Source: Chara braunii (lineage: Eukaryota > Plantae > Charophyceae). Taken from it: a stretch of 64,000 bases of DNA. The stretch spans positions 2,187,722 to 2,251,721 of the forward strand of contig BFEA01000018.1 of the NCBI GenBank assembly GCA_003427395.1, written 5' to 3'. Under the pieces are notes generated by a model that searched no databases, was not told the origin of the DNA, and was given only the letters and a program-made list of their open reading frames with translations. The number at the start of each line of letters is the position of its first letter. Within the stretch, counting starts at the first letter, position 1. Below are positions 61,339 through 64,000 of the stretch, piece after piece. The translations under genes and the position numbers were made by a program.

Positions 61339-61536
61339 TTTTTTTTTTTCATCCTTCCAAAGGTTCACCTACTGAAACCTTGTTACGGGTTCTCCGTCCT
61401 CTTAATGATCAGGTTCAATGAACTTCTCACAGCAGCCAGCCCTAGCGGCAAACTCCTGAGATCACCCTGAGCCACAGGGGCACCTACTAAGCTTGAGTCG
61501 TCAGCTCGCGCTGATCACGTCCCTGCCTTTCGTACA
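61339..61536 (-). pseudogene. Polyadenylated 18S rRNA 3'-end retrocopy with an inverted 5' segment
   Basis: 61351-~61450 is the reverse complement of the 18S 3' end (ATCCTTCC..AGGTTCACCTAC.GAAACCTTGTTACG) next to a T-run; 61483-61536 is sense 18S (TCAGCTCGCG..ACGTCCCTGCC..GTACA). Confidence 0.9.
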
Positions 61537-64000
61537 GAGGTGGTCGCCCCGCGACCGACGACCTTTATATTCCCTCTGCAATGTTGGCCAAGCTAGATGG
61601 ACTGATCTTGGGGAGATTATATATGTGGGGTGTCCCCTTCTCTCATCCAAATTCGATGAATTTCATTGGCTGATGTTGGCCCTTTTGTTTTTTTTTTTGA
61701 CAAATGAACGAATAAAATGGTATTATACAAGCTGGTGATGTGGTGCCATAAAATGTGGTATTAACAGTAATTTAATACCGTATTATGAATTGTGGTATTT
61801 AATGTAACCTCCACGAATAGGCCCCTCCAAGATATTTTGACAAAAAAAAAAAAAAAAAAAAAAAAAAAACACTTAAAAGAAAAACACTGCTGTGTTATAT
61901 TTTGTGTAATGATATTCTATTATAATTATAATCATCGACTTCTTAATCTCCTAGTTCTTAAGTAAGAGTAAAATATAACTTAAAATTTTAAATATTACAA
62001 AAACATATTAGTAATTATTAGTTTCTAAAAGTAGGAAAAAAAATTGAAAGGAACCTAGGACTGAGGCTAGGAGTGTATATTTGTATAATGTATTAAATTA
62101 TTTATTTATTTATTTATTTGAATGTATTAAATTATTAATGTGTGTATGACATTTTCGGGCCTCGCTCCACTCTTGACCAAATGTGCAAATTGAGAATGAA
62201 ATCTTCCGCTAGAGCCTGGAAGCGTACACCACCATGATATTTTTTTGTCTTTTGTGCATGTTGTGAATGGGTGGAGCGCGGCGCTTCCTTTGACGAATTG
62301 TATGCGGCAAGTGGATATAAACAAACTACCCCGAACAAAGCTTTTTTCGTTTCTTTTTCTGTTGTTTTTTTTTTACCCTGACCACAGCTTTCTGATCATA
62401 AGCACCTCTCCTCCCCTTTGGGTGAATTTTCTTAGGGCATACTTGCACTAGGAGATTTTTTGGTTGAGCTGAGCTCTGGACCTGATTGGAGCCAGATGCA
62501 TCCGGGTCGTGTCCATAATTCTCAAGTCGGGTACATTTCCTCGAAACTGCTAGTGTGAGTAGGGCCGTAGGATGGTAACATCCTTAGGCGGAGACGGGAT
62601 AGCGACAGTTGCAGGCGACTCATGTCAGCAATCCAACTGGTGTCCACCTCATCTTCTTCTTCTTCGTCTTCTTCTTCTTCTTCTTCTTTTTTTTTTTTTT
62701 TTTTGTTCCCGATCGTCTGTACGGATATAACTGGCTAGTTCATCTGCCAGCTGCGATGCGGGCAGTCATATGCATCACACAACAGGCCGGGCTTCGATCG
62801 GTAGACAGCGGCAGTTATGAATCTGTCTCCACCATTGGACTCAATCGACAGCCAGTTAAGATTGGACAAGTGGTTTTGCGGTTTTATGGGCAAGTTGGCA
62901 GCAGGCAGGCTCCAGTCAAATGGCAACAGGCTGACATTACAGTTTTTCAGCAGTTGGTTCACCGGACAAGTAGGGATGCTACGACNNNNNNNNNNNNNNN
63001 NNNNNNNNNNNNNNNNNNNNNNNNNNNNNNNNNNNNNNNNNNNNNNNNNNNNNNNNNNNNNNNNNNNNNNNNNNNNNNNNNNNNNNNNNNNNNNNNNNNN
63101 NNNNNNNNNNNNNNNNNNNNNNNNNNNNNNNNNNNNNNNNNNNNNNNNNNNNNNNNNNNNNNNNNNNNNNNNNNNNNNNNNNNNNNNNNNNNNNNNNNNN
63201 NNNNNNNNNNNNNNNNNNNNNNNNNNNNNNNNNNNNNNNNNNNNNNNNNNNNNNNNNNNNNNNNNNNNNNNNNNNNNNNNNNNNNNNNNNNNNNNNNNNN
63301 NNNNNNNNNNNNNNNNNNNNNNNNNNNNNNNNNNNNNNNNNNNNNNNNNNNNNNNNNNNNNNNNNNNNNNNNNNNNNNNNNNNNNNNNNNNNNNNNNNNN
63401 NNNNNNNNNNNNNNNNNNNNNNNNNNNNNNNNNNNNNNNNNNNNNNNNNNNNNNNNNNNNNNNNNNNNNNNNNNNNNNNNNNNNNNNNNNNNNNNNNNNN
63501 NNNNNNNNNNNNNNNNNNNNNNNNNNNNNNNNNNNNNNNNNNNNNNNNNNNNNNNNNNNNNNNNNNNNNNNNNNNNNNNNNNNNNNNNNNNNNNNNNNNN
63601 NNNNNNNNNNNNNNNNNNNNNNNNNNNNNNNNNNNNNNNNNNNNNNNNNNNNNNNNNNNNNNNNNNNNNNNNNNNNNNNNNNNNNNNNNNNNNNNNNNNN
63701 NNNNNTTTTTTTTTCGTGTGTGTGTGTGATTTCTGAAATTCCTTTTTTTTTGTTGGATTCGAACTCAGGTCTGTATTTCAACAGTTCATCGGTGTATCGA
63801 ATTATCAGCTAAGCTAGGCTTGCTGGTAAATCCCCCTATTTACCTTCTTCTACCAACAGTCCCTGTACATAGAACGGCCGGTCATTATCGCTGTATCTAG
63901 ACCAAAGTTGGCCCAAATACAGCTATATTCGGAAGAAGACGGTAGCCCTGTCAGAATATCATTCATCTGTCCTTGGGGGTTATATGTCTGATACTCCCCC

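Noticed and set aside
62751-62985. Possible exon next to the terminal gap
   Set aside because: Several frames on both strands are open, no motif is recognised, and it is truncated by Ns.

Overview
Repeat-rich nuclear DNA from a green plant, probably a non-seed streptophyte. This is inferred from plant-type U2/U6 sequences and an rbcL insert ending ...EFETIDTL. One host gene is well supported: an NTPCR/THEP1-family P-loop NTPase on + (4918-54279). Its Walker A motif is split by a ~37-kb first intron and a 16-nt micro-exon, and one expected exon probably lies in the N-gap at 51702-52369. None of the supplied six-frame ORFs is a complete gene. The rest is a mosaic of PIF/Harbinger-type MITEs, TTAA- and TA-flanked MITEs, a tRNA-derived SINE, poly(A) retroposon remnants, mini/microsatellites, about 10 U6/U2 snRNA retrocopies, an inverted polyadenylated 18S rRNA retrocopy and a plastid rbcL insertion. 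The most novel-looking signals are two hammerhead-ribozyme systems. One is a dispersed, microsatellite-associated family with an extra hairpin next to the catalytic core, including a tail-to-tail inverted pair. The other is a minimal hammerhead followed by a 58-bp tandem array that starts exactly at its predicted cleavage site.
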